The notes beneath the pieces were generated by a model. It was given only the letters and a program-made list of their open reading frames with translations. It was not told the DNA's origin and searched no databases. Below are positions 11,137 through 20,654 of a DNA stretch of 64,000 bases, piece after piece (the stretch's first letter is position 1; every line of letters begins with the position of its first letter). The translations under genes and the position numbers were made by a program. The DNA is from Methanocaldococcus sp. 28A (lineage in GTDB: Archaea > AGJL01 > Methanococci > Methanococcales > Methanocaldococcaceae), in the NCBI GenBank assembly GCA_049852185.1, contig CP187540.1, one strand, 5' to 3'.

Positions 11137-12528
11137 TAGGATTTTCACAGTTTTATATTTTGACTTTGGAATATCTGTTTGAATGCACTTTTTATATTTA
11201 TCATGGTAATTTTGAAGTCTTTAGCTTTATATATCTAATAAAAAACTTTATCTCTACATTTAGACAGTTATGAGATGCATTAGAACATTTATTCTTGCTA
11301 AAGTCTTATTTAACTTATAGTATAGTTTTGTATCTCTTTCATATTAAATGTTTTCAGCCTCTATATATTTATATAATGTTGTCAATATAATATCAATGAA
11401 TAATTATATTATTTAATGATAGTATGTATTGATAGTAATGTGGGGGTTATATTATGGACTATATAAATTTAAACTACACACCAAATGAAAATGACGTATT
11501 GTCTTGTATGATAATTAAAGGTGAAAACTTAGAAAAATTGGCAAATGAAATTGCTGGTGAAAGTTCTATTGGAACATGGACAAAAGTTCAAACAATGAAA
11601 AGCGATATTTATGAAAAATTAAGACCAAAAGTATATGAAATTAAAGAGATTGGCAAAGATGGGGAATACAAGGTTGGATTAATAAAAATTGCATATCCAT
11701 TGTATGATTTTGAAATAAACAACATGCCAGGAGTTTTGGCAGGAATATCTGGGAATATATTTGGAATGAAGATAGCTAAGGGTTTAAGAATATTGGACTT
11801 TAGATTTCCAGAAGAGTTTGTCAAAGCTTATAAAGGTCCAAGATTTGGAATTAATGGGGTTAGAGAAACTTTAAAAATTAAGGAAAGACCTTTATTAGGA
11901 ACAATAGTTAAGCCAAAGGTTGGTTTAAAGACAGAAGAGCATGCTAAGGTAGCTTATGATGCGTGGGTAGGAGGGGTAGATATTGTTAAAGATGATGAAA
12001 ATTTAACATCTCAGGAATTCAACAAATTTGAAGATAGAATTTATAAAACCTTAGAGATGAGGGATAAAGCTGAAGAAGAGACAGGAGAAAGAAAGGCATA
12101 TATGCCAAATATAACAGCTCCATATAGGGAGATGATAAAGAGAGCTGAAATTGCTGAAGATGCTGGAAGTGAATATGTAATGATAGATGTCGTTGTTTGT
12201 GGATTTTCAGCAGTTCAATCATTTAGAGAAGAGGATTTCAAATTTATAATCCACGCTCATAGAGCTATGCATGCAGCAATGACAAGAAGTAAAGATTTTG
12301 GAATATCTATGCTTGTATTAGCTAAAATTTATAGGTTGTTGGGTGTTGACCAATTGCACATAGGAACAGTCGTTGGAAAAATGGAAGGTGAAGAAAAAGA
12401 AGTTAAAGCAATTAGAGATGAGATTGTTTATGAAAAAGTTGAGGCAGATAATGAGCACAAGTTCTTTAATCAGATGTGGTTTGATATTAAACCAGTATTT
12501 CCAGTATCATCTGGAGGGGTTCATCCAA

Positions 12529-13665
12529 ATAGAACTTTCGCATCCACATTTAAATACTTAGATTAACGATAAACCAATTTCTTCACACAAAGAGATTATG
12601 GCATTACCAACGGCTATTCGATTTAGTTTTCTTCTAAGTTCGTACCAACTGATATTTTTATCGATTCTAATTTTCTCTAAGAGGTAGAAGGCTCTCATAG
12701 AAAGGGAGATATGACCTAAAATTGGAAATTTTTTTCTAACGAAGAAATTGCCTGTATTACAGCACTGTTTAACACCCCTATGGAATTCCTCGATTCTCCA
12801 AGAGGCGTTTTTGACCTCTTGGAATTCTTCGAAACTCATAAATAGGTTATTAGTTATATAATATTTTGCCTTTCCGTTTTTGGAAAGGCAGAAGAGTCTA
12901 ACATAGCCAACTTTTCGTAGATAAACGATTAATCCATTCTTAGGAATTTCCTTAAGGTCTTCGATTGATACCCACTTTCCGTTTTTGGAGAGTTTTACCT
13001 TTCTATTCCTTTTAATTCTGCAGAGGTAGAATAAACCTAAACTATCGATAAGTTTTAAGTTATCTTTACTTGAATACCAACTATCGAAACAGATATATCT
13101 AATATTTAATCCTTTATCTACTAAAGACTTTATTATCTCCCTACATAAATTATTTTTCGTCTTTCCATCTCTTGGTCTGTCATATACTCTAAAATCGATT
13201 GGAATAATATGTTTTCCATTTGTAATTATGCAATCAACGATATGTATGCCTTTAATTACTCGTTTATGTAGATTACTCCAACAATAATAAGCAAATTCAG
13301 TCGATTTAGAGTAAATTTTATCTATAACAAAGTCATCTATAACGACAATATTATAATCAGGAGTGATTAAATCTTTAACGAAATTAAAAAGCTTTTCTTG
13401 TGGGAAGATTCCTTCTTCCCAAAGTATTCTATTTATTGTATCGTGAGATATGTCGATTCCGAAAATACGCAACGTTTTCGATAACTCTACACACGAATTA
13501 ATCTCTGAAAGTAATATAAAAAGCATATAAACGATAGTCCTCGACATTTTTAGCATATTTTCCCCAAAATAAACTTTTTGTTTCGAAAAATTATAATATC
13601 TAATAAAAATAGATTATCATGAAATGTTATAATAAAATATTTAAATATGCTTGCAAAAGTCCTAT
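12529..13665 (-). mobile_element. IS701-like insertion sequence, 1137 bp, apparently complete
   Basis: Imperfect ~31-bp TIRs ATAGAACTTTCGCATCCACATTTAAATACTT / ATAGGACTTTTGCAAGCATATTTAAATATTT; direct repeat CCAA at 12525-12528 and 13666-13669. Confidence 0.93.
12558..13556 (-). CDS. IS701-family DDE transposase
   Basis: ISHDTINR, VIDDFVIDK, CFDSWY and WRIEEFHRGVKQ (DDE triad). Confidence 0.9.
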   Translation of the reverse strand: MLKMSRTIVYMLFILLSEINSCVELSKTLRIFGIDISHDTINRILWEEGIFPQEKLFNFVKDLITPDYNIVVIDDFVIDKIYSKSTEFAYYCWSNLHKRVIKGIHIVDCIITNGKHIIPIDFRVYDRPRDGKTKNNLCREIIKSLVDKGLNIRYICFDSWYSSKDNLKLIDSLGLFYLCRIKRNRKVKLSKNGKWVSIEDLKEIPKNGLIVYLRKVGYVRLFCLSKNGKAKYYITNNLFMSFEEFQEVKNASWRIEEFHRGVKQCCNTGNFFVRKKFPILGHISLSMRAFYLLEKIRIDKNISWYELRRKLNRIAVGNAIISLCEEIGLSLI

Positions 13666-13891
13666 CCAAAATTAGTTCCAAAAATAGTTGAGATTTTAGG
13701 CACAGATATAATTATTCAAGCAGGGGGAGGGATTCACGGACATCCAGATGGAACTACAGCTGGAGCTAAGGCAATGAGGGCTGCTATTGAGGCAGTTATG
13801 GAGAAAAAATCTTTAGAAGAAAAAGCAGAAGAAGTTGCAGAATTAAAAAAGGCTTTAGAGTATTGGAAATAATTAATAAAAATTATTAAAT

Positions 13892-14731
13892 TTAATCTTT
13901 TGGTTTTATAGCAACAACTCCTAATGCTTTTTCTACTCTTCTAACATTTACAAATCCAACTTTCCTCAACCTTTCCATGACTCCTTTTTGTAAATCCTTT
14001 CCTCTATACTTCTTTCCTGGATTACCCACATAATGAAATAATCTTCCCCCAGGCTTTAAGACTCTAAAAATCTCTTTATAAAACTCTTCGCTATATAGAT
14101 GCCCAGCTAAGCTAAACCTTGGTGGGTCGTGAATAACAACATCAAACTCTTCATCTTTAAAAGTTTTTATAACTTCATAAGCATCTCCTAAAATAATCTT
14201 AATATTTCCTTTAAACAACTCTTCACTATAAGGGTTTATCTTAGCCAATTCCAAAACATTTGGATTTTTTTCTATTGTTATAACTTCAGCCCCTCTTTTA
14301 TATGCCTCTATAGCAGTATATCCTAAACCCATACAAGTATCTAAAACCTTCTCCCCTCTTTTTACTTTTACAGGGTTTATCTTATTTTGTGTATCTTCAT
14401 ATGGATTAACTTCCTTAGTTCTGTGCATCCTTATTCCATTTATCTCAATAGTTGGTGGGATTGTTGGAACTAATTTGTAATATCCGTTATTTGATATTGC
14501 AGCTTTAAAAACTTCCCCATCTTTTATAAAATATATGTGCCCCTCATCTTTAGCAATCTTTTTTAAAATATCAAAGCTAACATCTCCCTCAGGAAACTTA
14601 ACTATATAATTATTTCTATCTATTATTATTTTTTCTTTCTTTTCTGTTTTATTTAAATCTAAATTCAAAAAAATCTCATTAGATTTTGAGTTCAAAATCT
14701 CCTTAGCTATTTTTGAGGTTATGTAGTTCAT
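13892..14731 (-). CDS. Class I SAM-dependent methyltransferase
   Basis: VLDTCMGLGYTA, IEKN, GDA, HDPPRF, LKPGG. Confidence 0.88.
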   Translation of the reverse strand: MNYITSKIAKEILNSKSNEIFLNLDLNKTEKKEKIIIDRNNYIVKFPEGDVSFDILKKIAKDEGHIYFIKDGEVFKAAISNNGYYKLVPTIPPTIEINGIRMHRTKEVNPYEDTQNKINPVKVKRGEKVLDTCMGLGYTAIEAYKRGAEVITIEKNPNVLELAKINPYSEELFKGNIKIILGDAYEVIKTFKDEEFDVVIHDPPRFSLAGHLYSEEFYKEIFRVLKPGGRLFHYVGNPGKKYRGKDLQKGVMERLRKVGFVNVRRVEKALGVVAIKPKD

Positions 14732-14924
14732 AATCTCAACCTAGATAATAATGCCTAAGGGTTCAAAACTTCCTTAATCTTCCTTAATATATCTTTTTAA
14801 TATCCATTTATGCGAAAGTCCTATCGATAGCTATATATTTATTTTATTGCAATAAATATTTATCATGGATGTCAATAATCTATCATAATTTATAATCATT
14901 AGTATTTCTAATAAGGGGGTTTCT

Positions 14925-15815
14925 ATGGAACTAACGGTTGTGCAAAGGGAAATATTGCAAGAACTCATAAACCTTTACAGAGAAAAAAATCGCCCAATAA
15001 AAGGTACTGAAATTGCTTTAAGATTAAATAGAAATCCTGGAACCATAAGAAACCAAATGCAAGCTTTAAGAGCATTAGATTTAGTTGATGGGGTTCCTGG
15101 ACCTAAAGGTGGATATGTTCCAACAAGTAAGGCATATAGAGCTTTAGGATTGGAGGATGAAGGGGAAATAATAGTACCAATATATAAAGATGGAAAAAAA
15201 ATTGAAGGAGTTAAGGTTGTAAAGATAGAGTTTGACACTGTTTCTCATGAGAAATACTGCTCCTCAAAGATACACATTGAAGGAGATACTAAGCATTTCA
15301 ATATTGGAGATATTATTAGAGTTGGTCCTACATATCATAATAAAATTATCATCAATGGAAAAGTTATTGGAAGAGACGATATACATAGAATTTTATTAAT
15401 AGATGTTTTGGGGGTTTCAAGTATTCCAAATATAAAAGTTGGAGATATTGGAATTAAAAAAGTTTATACTGTAAGTCCAAATAATACTCTAAAAGAAACT
15501 GCTAAGTTACTTGCTGAAAAAAATATTAGTGGGGCCCCAGTTGTTGATAACGATAATTTAGTTGGAATTATTAGCTTACATGATATTGCTGAAAATATAG
15601 AAAATATTGATAAAAAAGTTGAAGAAGTTATGAGTAAAAATGTTTTAACAATACATAAAGATGAAAAGATATACGAAGCATTAAAAATTATGAACAAAAA
15701 TAACGTTGGTAGATTGGTTATAGTTGATGATAACAATAAAATTGTTGGTATTATAACAAGAACAGATATATTAAAGATTATCAGCGGAAAATTTCCAGAA
15801 AATTTTCATCTCTAA
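14925..15815 (+). CDS. Winged-HTH transcriptional regulator with CBS domain pair
   Basis: HrcA-like N-terminus (PGTIRNQMQAL, GPKGGYVPT); C-terminal CBS pair (SGAPVV, GIITRTD). Confidence 0.88.
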   Translation: MELTVVQREILQELINLYREKNRPIKGTEIALRLNRNPGTIRNQMQALRALDLVDGVPGPKGGYVPTSKAYRALGLEDEGEIIVPIYKDGKKIEGVKVVKIEFDTVSHEKYCSSKIHIEGDTKHFNIGDIIRVGPTYHNKIIINGKVIGRDDIHRILLIDVLGVSSIPNIKVGDIGIKKVYTVSPNNTLKETAKLLAEKNISGAPVVDNDNLVGIISLHDIAENIENIDKKVEEVMSKNVLTIHKDEKIYEALKIMNKNNVGRLVIVDDNNKIVGIITRTDILKIISGKFPENFHL

Positions 15816-15924
15816 AAATCTATAAGTAAAACATATATATTATTTATATTATTTCAATACTAATTAAGTAAAGATTTTTTATATTACTTTAAAAGATTTT
15901 ATAATTTTTTGATGAGGGATAACT

Positions 15925-17628
15925 ATGGTTAAGATTACAGACACTACTTTTAGAGATGCACAACAATCATTGATAGCTACAAGAATGAGAACTGAGGATA
16001 TGCTTCCTATAGCAGAAAAGATGGATGAAGTGGGCTTTTATTCTATGGAAGTTTGGGGAGGAGCTACTTTTGATGCATGTATAAGATATTTAAATGAAGA
16101 CCCTTGGGAGAGGTTAAGGGCTTTAAAAAAGAGAATACAAAACACTCCATTACAGATGCTTTTAAGGGGGCAAAACTTAGTTGGTTATAGACATTACCCG
16201 GATGATATTGTAGAAAAGTTTGTTATAAAAGCTTATGAGAATGGGATTGACATTTTTAGGATTTTTGATGCTTTAAACGATGTAAGAAATATGGAAACTG
16301 CAATAAAAACAGCTAAGAAAGTAGGGGCTGAAGTTCAGGGAGCTATAAGCTACACAATAAGTCCTGTCCATACAATTGACCAGTATGTTGAGTTAGCAAA
16401 AAAATTGGAAGAGATGGGTTGTGATACAATATACATTAAAGATATGGCTGGGCTTTTAACACCTTATGAAGGATATGAATTAGTTAAAAGATTAAAGGAA
16501 GAGGTTTCAGTTCCTGTAGGAGTTCATAGCCACTGCACAAGTGGTTTGGCACCAATGACTTATTTAAAGGTTATAGAGGCAGGAGCAGATATAGTAGATT
16601 GTGCCATATCACCATTTGCTATGGGAACATCTCAACCACCAACAGAAAGCATTGTTGTTGCTTTAAAAGGAACTAAATATGATACTGGCTTAGACTTAAA
16701 GTTGTTGAATGAGATTAGAGATTACTTTATGAAAGTTAGAGAGAAATATAAGATGCTATTCTCTCCAATATCCCAAATAGTAGATGCGAGAGTTTTGGTA
16801 TATCAAGTCCCTGGGGGGATGTTATCAAACTTAGTTTCACAGCTTAAAGAACAAGGAGCTTTGGATAAGCTTGAAGATGTTTTAAAAGAAATTCCAAGAG
16901 TTAGAAAGGATTTAGGATATCCACCATTAGTTACTCCAACATCCCAAATTGTCGGAACTCAAGCTGTTTTGAATGTTTTAACTGAAGAGAGATATAAGAT
17001 TATAACAAACGAAGTAGTTAATTATGTGAAGGGCTATTATGGAAAGCCACCAGCTCCAATAAACCCAGAGTTGTTGAAGAGAGTTTTAGATGAAGGAGAA
17101 AAACCGATAACCTGCAGACCTGCTGATTTGTTAGAACCAGAGTGGGAAAAGGTTAAAAAAGAAGCAGAAGAAAAAGGAATTGTAAAGAAGGAAGAGGATA
17201 TATTAACCTATGCATTATATCCACAAATAGCAGTTAAGTTCTTAAGAGGAGAGTTAAAAGCTGAGCCAATACCAAAAGAGAAAGATATTGGAAAGATTTT
17301 AGAGATTCCAACAGAGTATATTATAGAAGTTGATGGAGAAAAGTTTGAAGTTAAAATAGAACCAAAAATAGGGACTGAATTGAAGAGAAAGAAAGAGATT
17401 GTAACTGCAGAAATAGAAGGGGCTGTTACATCACCATTTAGAGGAATGGTAACTAAGATTAAAGTTAAAGAAGGAGACAAAGTTAAGAAAGGAGATATCA
17501 TTGCTGTATTGGAGGCTATGAAGATGGAACATCCAATAGAAAGCCCTGTTGAGGGAACTGTTGAGAAGATATTAATTGATGAAGGAGATGCTGTGAATGT
17601 TGGGGATGTAATTATGATTATTAAATAA
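15925..17628 (+). CDS. pycB: Pyruvate carboxylase subunit B
   Basis: RDAQQS, WGGATFD, IKDMAG, HSH and biotinyl EAMKM. Confidence 0.96.
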   Translation: MVKITDTTFRDAQQSLIATRMRTEDMLPIAEKMDEVGFYSMEVWGGATFDACIRYLNEDPWERLRALKKRIQNTPLQMLLRGQNLVGYRHYPDDIVEKFVIKAYENGIDIFRIFDALNDVRNMETAIKTAKKVGAEVQGAISYTISPVHTIDQYVELAKKLEEMGCDTIYIKDMAGLLTPYEGYELVKRLKEEVSVPVGVHSHCTSGLAPMTYLKVIEAGADIVDCAISPFAMGTSQPPTESIVVALKGTKYDTGLDLKLLNEIRDYFMKVREKYKMLFSPISQIVDARVLVYQVPGGMLSNLVSQLKEQGALDKLEDVLKEIPRVRKDLGYPPLVTPTSQIVGTQAVLNVLTEERYKIITNEVVNYVKGYYGKPPAPINPELLKRVLDEGEKPITCRPADLLEPEWEKVKKEAEEKGIVKKEEDILTYALYPQIAVKFLRGELKAEPIPKEKDIGKILEIPTEYIIEVDGEKFEVKIEPKIGTELKRKKEIVTAEIEGAVTSPFRGMVTKIKVKEGDKVKKGDIIAVLEAMKMEHPIESPVEGTVEKILIDEGDAVNVGDVIMIIK

Positions 17629-17712
17629 CTATTAAACAAATAAACAAACTTTTTTGTCTCTTAGATTTTATTAGATAATTTTAAAATATAAACTCGTTTC
17701 TGTGGTGAAAAC

Positions 17713-19218
17713 ATGTTTAACAAAGTTTTAATTGCCAATAGAGGAGAGATAGCCATTAGAATTATAAGGGCTTGTTGGGAGCTTGGAATAAAAACTGTAG
17801 CTGTTTATTCTGAGGCAGATAAAAAAGCATTACATGTTTCTTTAGCTGATGAAGCTTATTGTATAGGAAAACCCCCTGCAGCTAAAAGTTATCTAAATAT
17901 TAATGCCATTCTAAATGTTGCTGAAAAGGCAAAAGTTGATGCTATTCATCCTGGATATGGATTTTTAGCTGAAAATGCTGAATTTGCAAGGGCTGTTAAA
18001 AAGGCAGGTTTTGAATTTATTGGGCCTAATCCTGATGCTATAGAGGCTATGGGAAGTAAGATTAATGCTAAAAAAATTATGAAAAAAGCTGGTGTGCCTT
18101 TAATTCCTGGTAGTGAGGGGGCTGTTGAAGATGTAGATGAGGCAATAGAAATTGCTGAAGAGATAGGATTTCCTGTAGTTGTTAAAGCTTCTGCTGGCGG
18201 TGGCGGAATGGGAATGAGCGTAGCATATAACAAAGAAGAGCTAAAAGAAGTTATGGAATCCGCAAGAAATATAGCAAAAAGTGCATTTGGCGACCCAACA
18301 GTGTTTATTGAAAAATACTTAGAGAATCCAAGACACATTGAAATTCAGTTATTGGGGGATAAGCATGGAAATATTATCCATTTAGGTGATAGAGAGTGTT
18401 CTATTCAAAGAAGACATCAAAAATTAATTGAAGAAGCTCCATCTCCAATAATGACTGAAGAGTTAAGAGAAAGGATGGGGGAGGCTGCAATCAAAGCAGG
18501 TAAGGCAATAAATTATGATAGCGCAGGAACTGTTGAGTTTTTATATGAAAATGGTAATTTCTACTTCTTAGAGATGAACACAAGGATTCAAGTTGAGCAT
18601 ACAGTTACAGAGCAAGTTACTGGAATTGATTTAGTTAAGGCTATGATTAGAATAGCTGCTGGAGAAGAGCTAAGCATAAAGCAAGAAGATGTTAAGATAA
18701 GAGGGCATGCAATTGAATGTAGAATAAATGCAGAAGACCCATTAAATGATTTCGTCCCATGTCCTGGAAAAATAAAGTTATATAGGTCTCCAGGAGGACC
18801 GGGGGTTAGGATAGATAGTGGTGTCTGTGGAGGGGCAGAGATTCCTCCATACTACGACCCTATGATAGCTAAATTAATAACTTATGGAAATAGCAGAGAG
18901 GAGGCAATAGCAAGGATGAGAAGAGCTTTAAAAGAGTATGTCATTGTTGGAGTAACAACAAACATCCCCTTTCACAGGGCTGTTTTAGAGGAAGAGAACT
19001 TTTTAAAAGGGAATATCTCAACTCACTATGTTGAGCAAAATATGGAAAAATTGAAAAAGAAAATGGTTCAATATACCTTAGAATCAAGAGATTTATACAG
19101 TGTTGTATCAGAGAAGGTATTTGAAAAGAACAAAAAGATTGCTGCTGTAGTTGGTGGTTTAACAATGTATATCTCCCAAATTATGAAAGAAAATGAAAAA
19201 AATGAAAAGAAACAGTAA
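17713..19218 (+). CDS. pycA: Pyruvate carboxylase subunit A (biotin carboxylase)
   Basis: [34 protein letters not shown]. Confidence 0.96.
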   Translation: MFNKVLIANRGEIAIRIIRACWELGIKTVAVYSEADKKALHVSLADEAYCIGKPPAAKSYLNINAILNVAEKAKVDAIHPGYGFLAENAEFARAVKKAGFEFIGPNPDAIEAMGSKINAKKIMKKAGVPLIPGSEGAVEDVDEAIEIAEEIGFPVVVKASAGGGGMGMSVAYNKEELKEVMESARNIAKSAFGDPTVFIEKYLENPRHIEIQLLGDKHGNIIHLGDRECSIQRRHQKLIEEAPSPIMTEELRERMGEAAIKAGKAINYDSAGTVEFLYENGNFYFLEMNTRIQVEHTVTEQVTGIDLVKAMIRIAAGEELSIKQEDVKIRGHAIECRINAEDPLNDFVPCPGKIKLYRSPGGPGVRIDSGVCGGAEIPPYYDPMIAKLITYGNSREEAIARMRRALKEYVIVGVTTNIPFHRAVLEEENFLKGNISTHYVEQNMEKLKKKMVQYTLESRDLYSVVSEKVFEKNKKIAAVVGGLTMYISQIMKENEKNEKKQ

Positions 19219-19280
19219 AATATCTTATAACAGTAATATTTATATAATATAAGGCAATAGTTATTAAAAGCTTCTTTTTA

Positions 19281-19374
19281 ATAGGACTTTCGCAGGAATA
19301 AAATTTTTATTGAATATAGACACCTAAAGGTGTCAAAGTTCATTAATTCAACGTATAAACTGCGAAAGTCCTAT
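19281..19374. repeat. MITE family A (IS701-type ends)
   Basis: ATAGGACTTTCGCAG...CTGCGAAAGTCCTAT with internal palindrome GACACCTAAAGGTGTC. Confidence 0.9.
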
Positions 19375-19403
19375 TTAATGAAATTAAATAAAAGGTGATA
19401 ATA

Positions 19404-19802
19404 ATGCCAGGAACTAAGCAAGTTAACGTCGGTTCTTTAAAAGTTGGACAGTATGTTATGATTGATGGAGTTCCATGTGAGATTGTAGATATCAGTGTTT
19501 CAAAGCCAGGAAAACACGGAGGAGCTAAGGCAAGAGTCGTAGGGATTGGAATATTTGAAAAAGTTAAGAAGGAGTTTGTTGCTCCAACATCAAGTAAAGT
19601 AGAAGTTCCAATAATTGACAGAAGAAAAGGACAAGTTTTAGCTTTAATTGGAGATATGGTCCAAATTATGGACTTACAAACTTATGAAACATTAGAGTTA
19701 CCAATTCCAGAAGGTATTGAAGGATTAGAGCCTGGAAGAGAAGTAGAATACATTGAAGCTGTTGGACAGTACAAAATAACAAGAGTAATTGGTGAAAAAT
19801 AA
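19404..19802 (+). CDS. eif5a: Translation factor aIF5A
   Basis: Hypusine loop SKPGKHGGAKAR. Confidence 0.97.
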   Translation: MPGTKQVNVGSLKVGQYVMIDGVPCEIVDISVSKPGKHGGAKARVVGIGIFEKVKKEFVAPTSSKVEVPIIDRRKGQVLALIGDMVQIMDLQTYETLELPIPEGIEGLEPGREVEYIEAVGQYKITRVIGEK

Positions 19803-19829
19803 ATATTTAAATTTTAAATTAAATTTCAA

Positions 19830-19929
19830 ATAGGACTTTCGCACTTTATATAATTAATATTAATAAGGAAAATATGATGCCTATGGCATCAAATCTACCT
19901 TTCAATATTTATACCTGCTAAAGTCCTAT
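19830..19929. repeat. MITE family A
   Basis: ATAGGACTTTCGCA...TGCTAAAGTCCTAT flanked by TTCAA direct repeats; internal palindrome TGATGCCTATGGCATCA. Confidence 0.9.
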
Positions 19930-20646
19930 TTCAAAAACACCATTTACAGTTCTTATAATAACATTGTTAATATATTTTTTTGCTATTTTTCCTAATTTTA
20001 TTAATTCCTCTTCTTTTGGAGGATTTATTTTTCTAAATTCTTCATCATAAGCGTCTTTTGGCTCAAACTGTTGGATTGCATATAAATCACAATCTTTGAC
20101 TGTTTTTGCTATCTCCTCTATATCACTTTCATCCATAACTTTTGGAACATATGTTGTTCTACACTCAACAAAGACATTGTTATTTTTGCATAAATCGATA
20201 ATCTTTAATATTTTCTTTTTAATTTCTTCTCCATCTTCTTCACACTTTGTAAAATCTCTGTATTTGTCAAATTTGCATTTTACATCAACTGCTACATAAT
20301 CAATTAAATTATTTTTTACAAGTTCTTCAAAAACTTCTGGTTTTGTGCCATTTGTATCAATTTTTACTGGAAATCCCTTTTCTTTAGCATATCTTGCTAT
20401 CTCTATTAAAGCATCTTTTTGCAAAGTTGGTTCCCCACCACTTATAACAATAGCGTCAGCAAAGAAAAAGTCAATATTATTAAAAAGCTCTTCAACTGTC
20501 ATTTCCTTTTTATGCTCTAAAATATATTTTAGATTATGGCAGTAAGGGCATCTCATATTACAATTATATAAAAATATGACAGCAGAGCATTTTTTTGGAT
20601 AATCAATTGTTGAAAAATCTACTATTCCTGAAACCAGAACTTTCAT
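19918..20646 (-). CDS. Radical SAM protein, anaerobic ribonucleotide reductase activase-like
   Basis: CNMRCPYCHN, SGGEPT, DTNG. Confidence 0.88.
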   Translation of the reverse strand: MKVLVSGIVDFSTIDYPKKCSAVIFLYNCNMRCPYCHNLKYILEHKKEMTVEELFNNIDFFFADAIVISGGEPTLQKDALIEIARYAKEKGFPVKIDTNGTKPEVFEELVKNNLIDYVAVDVKCKFDKYRDFTKCEEDGEEIKKKILKIIDLCKNNNVFVECRTTYVPKVMDESDIEEIAKTVKDCDLYAIQQFEPKDAYDEEFRKINPPKEEELIKLGKIAKKYINNVIIRTVNGVFEIGL

Positions 20647-20654
20647 TTTTTCAC

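Larger units (their letters stand above)
11454..13872 (+). pseudogene. rbcL: Form III RuBisCO large subunit, interrupted by an IS
   Basis: AGESSIGTWT, KPKVG, KDDE, HAHRAMH, VVGKM, SSGGVHP before the IS; KLVP...QAGGGIHGHP after it. Removing the IS plus one target copy restores the frame (CAT CCA AAA TTA). Confidence 0.95.
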
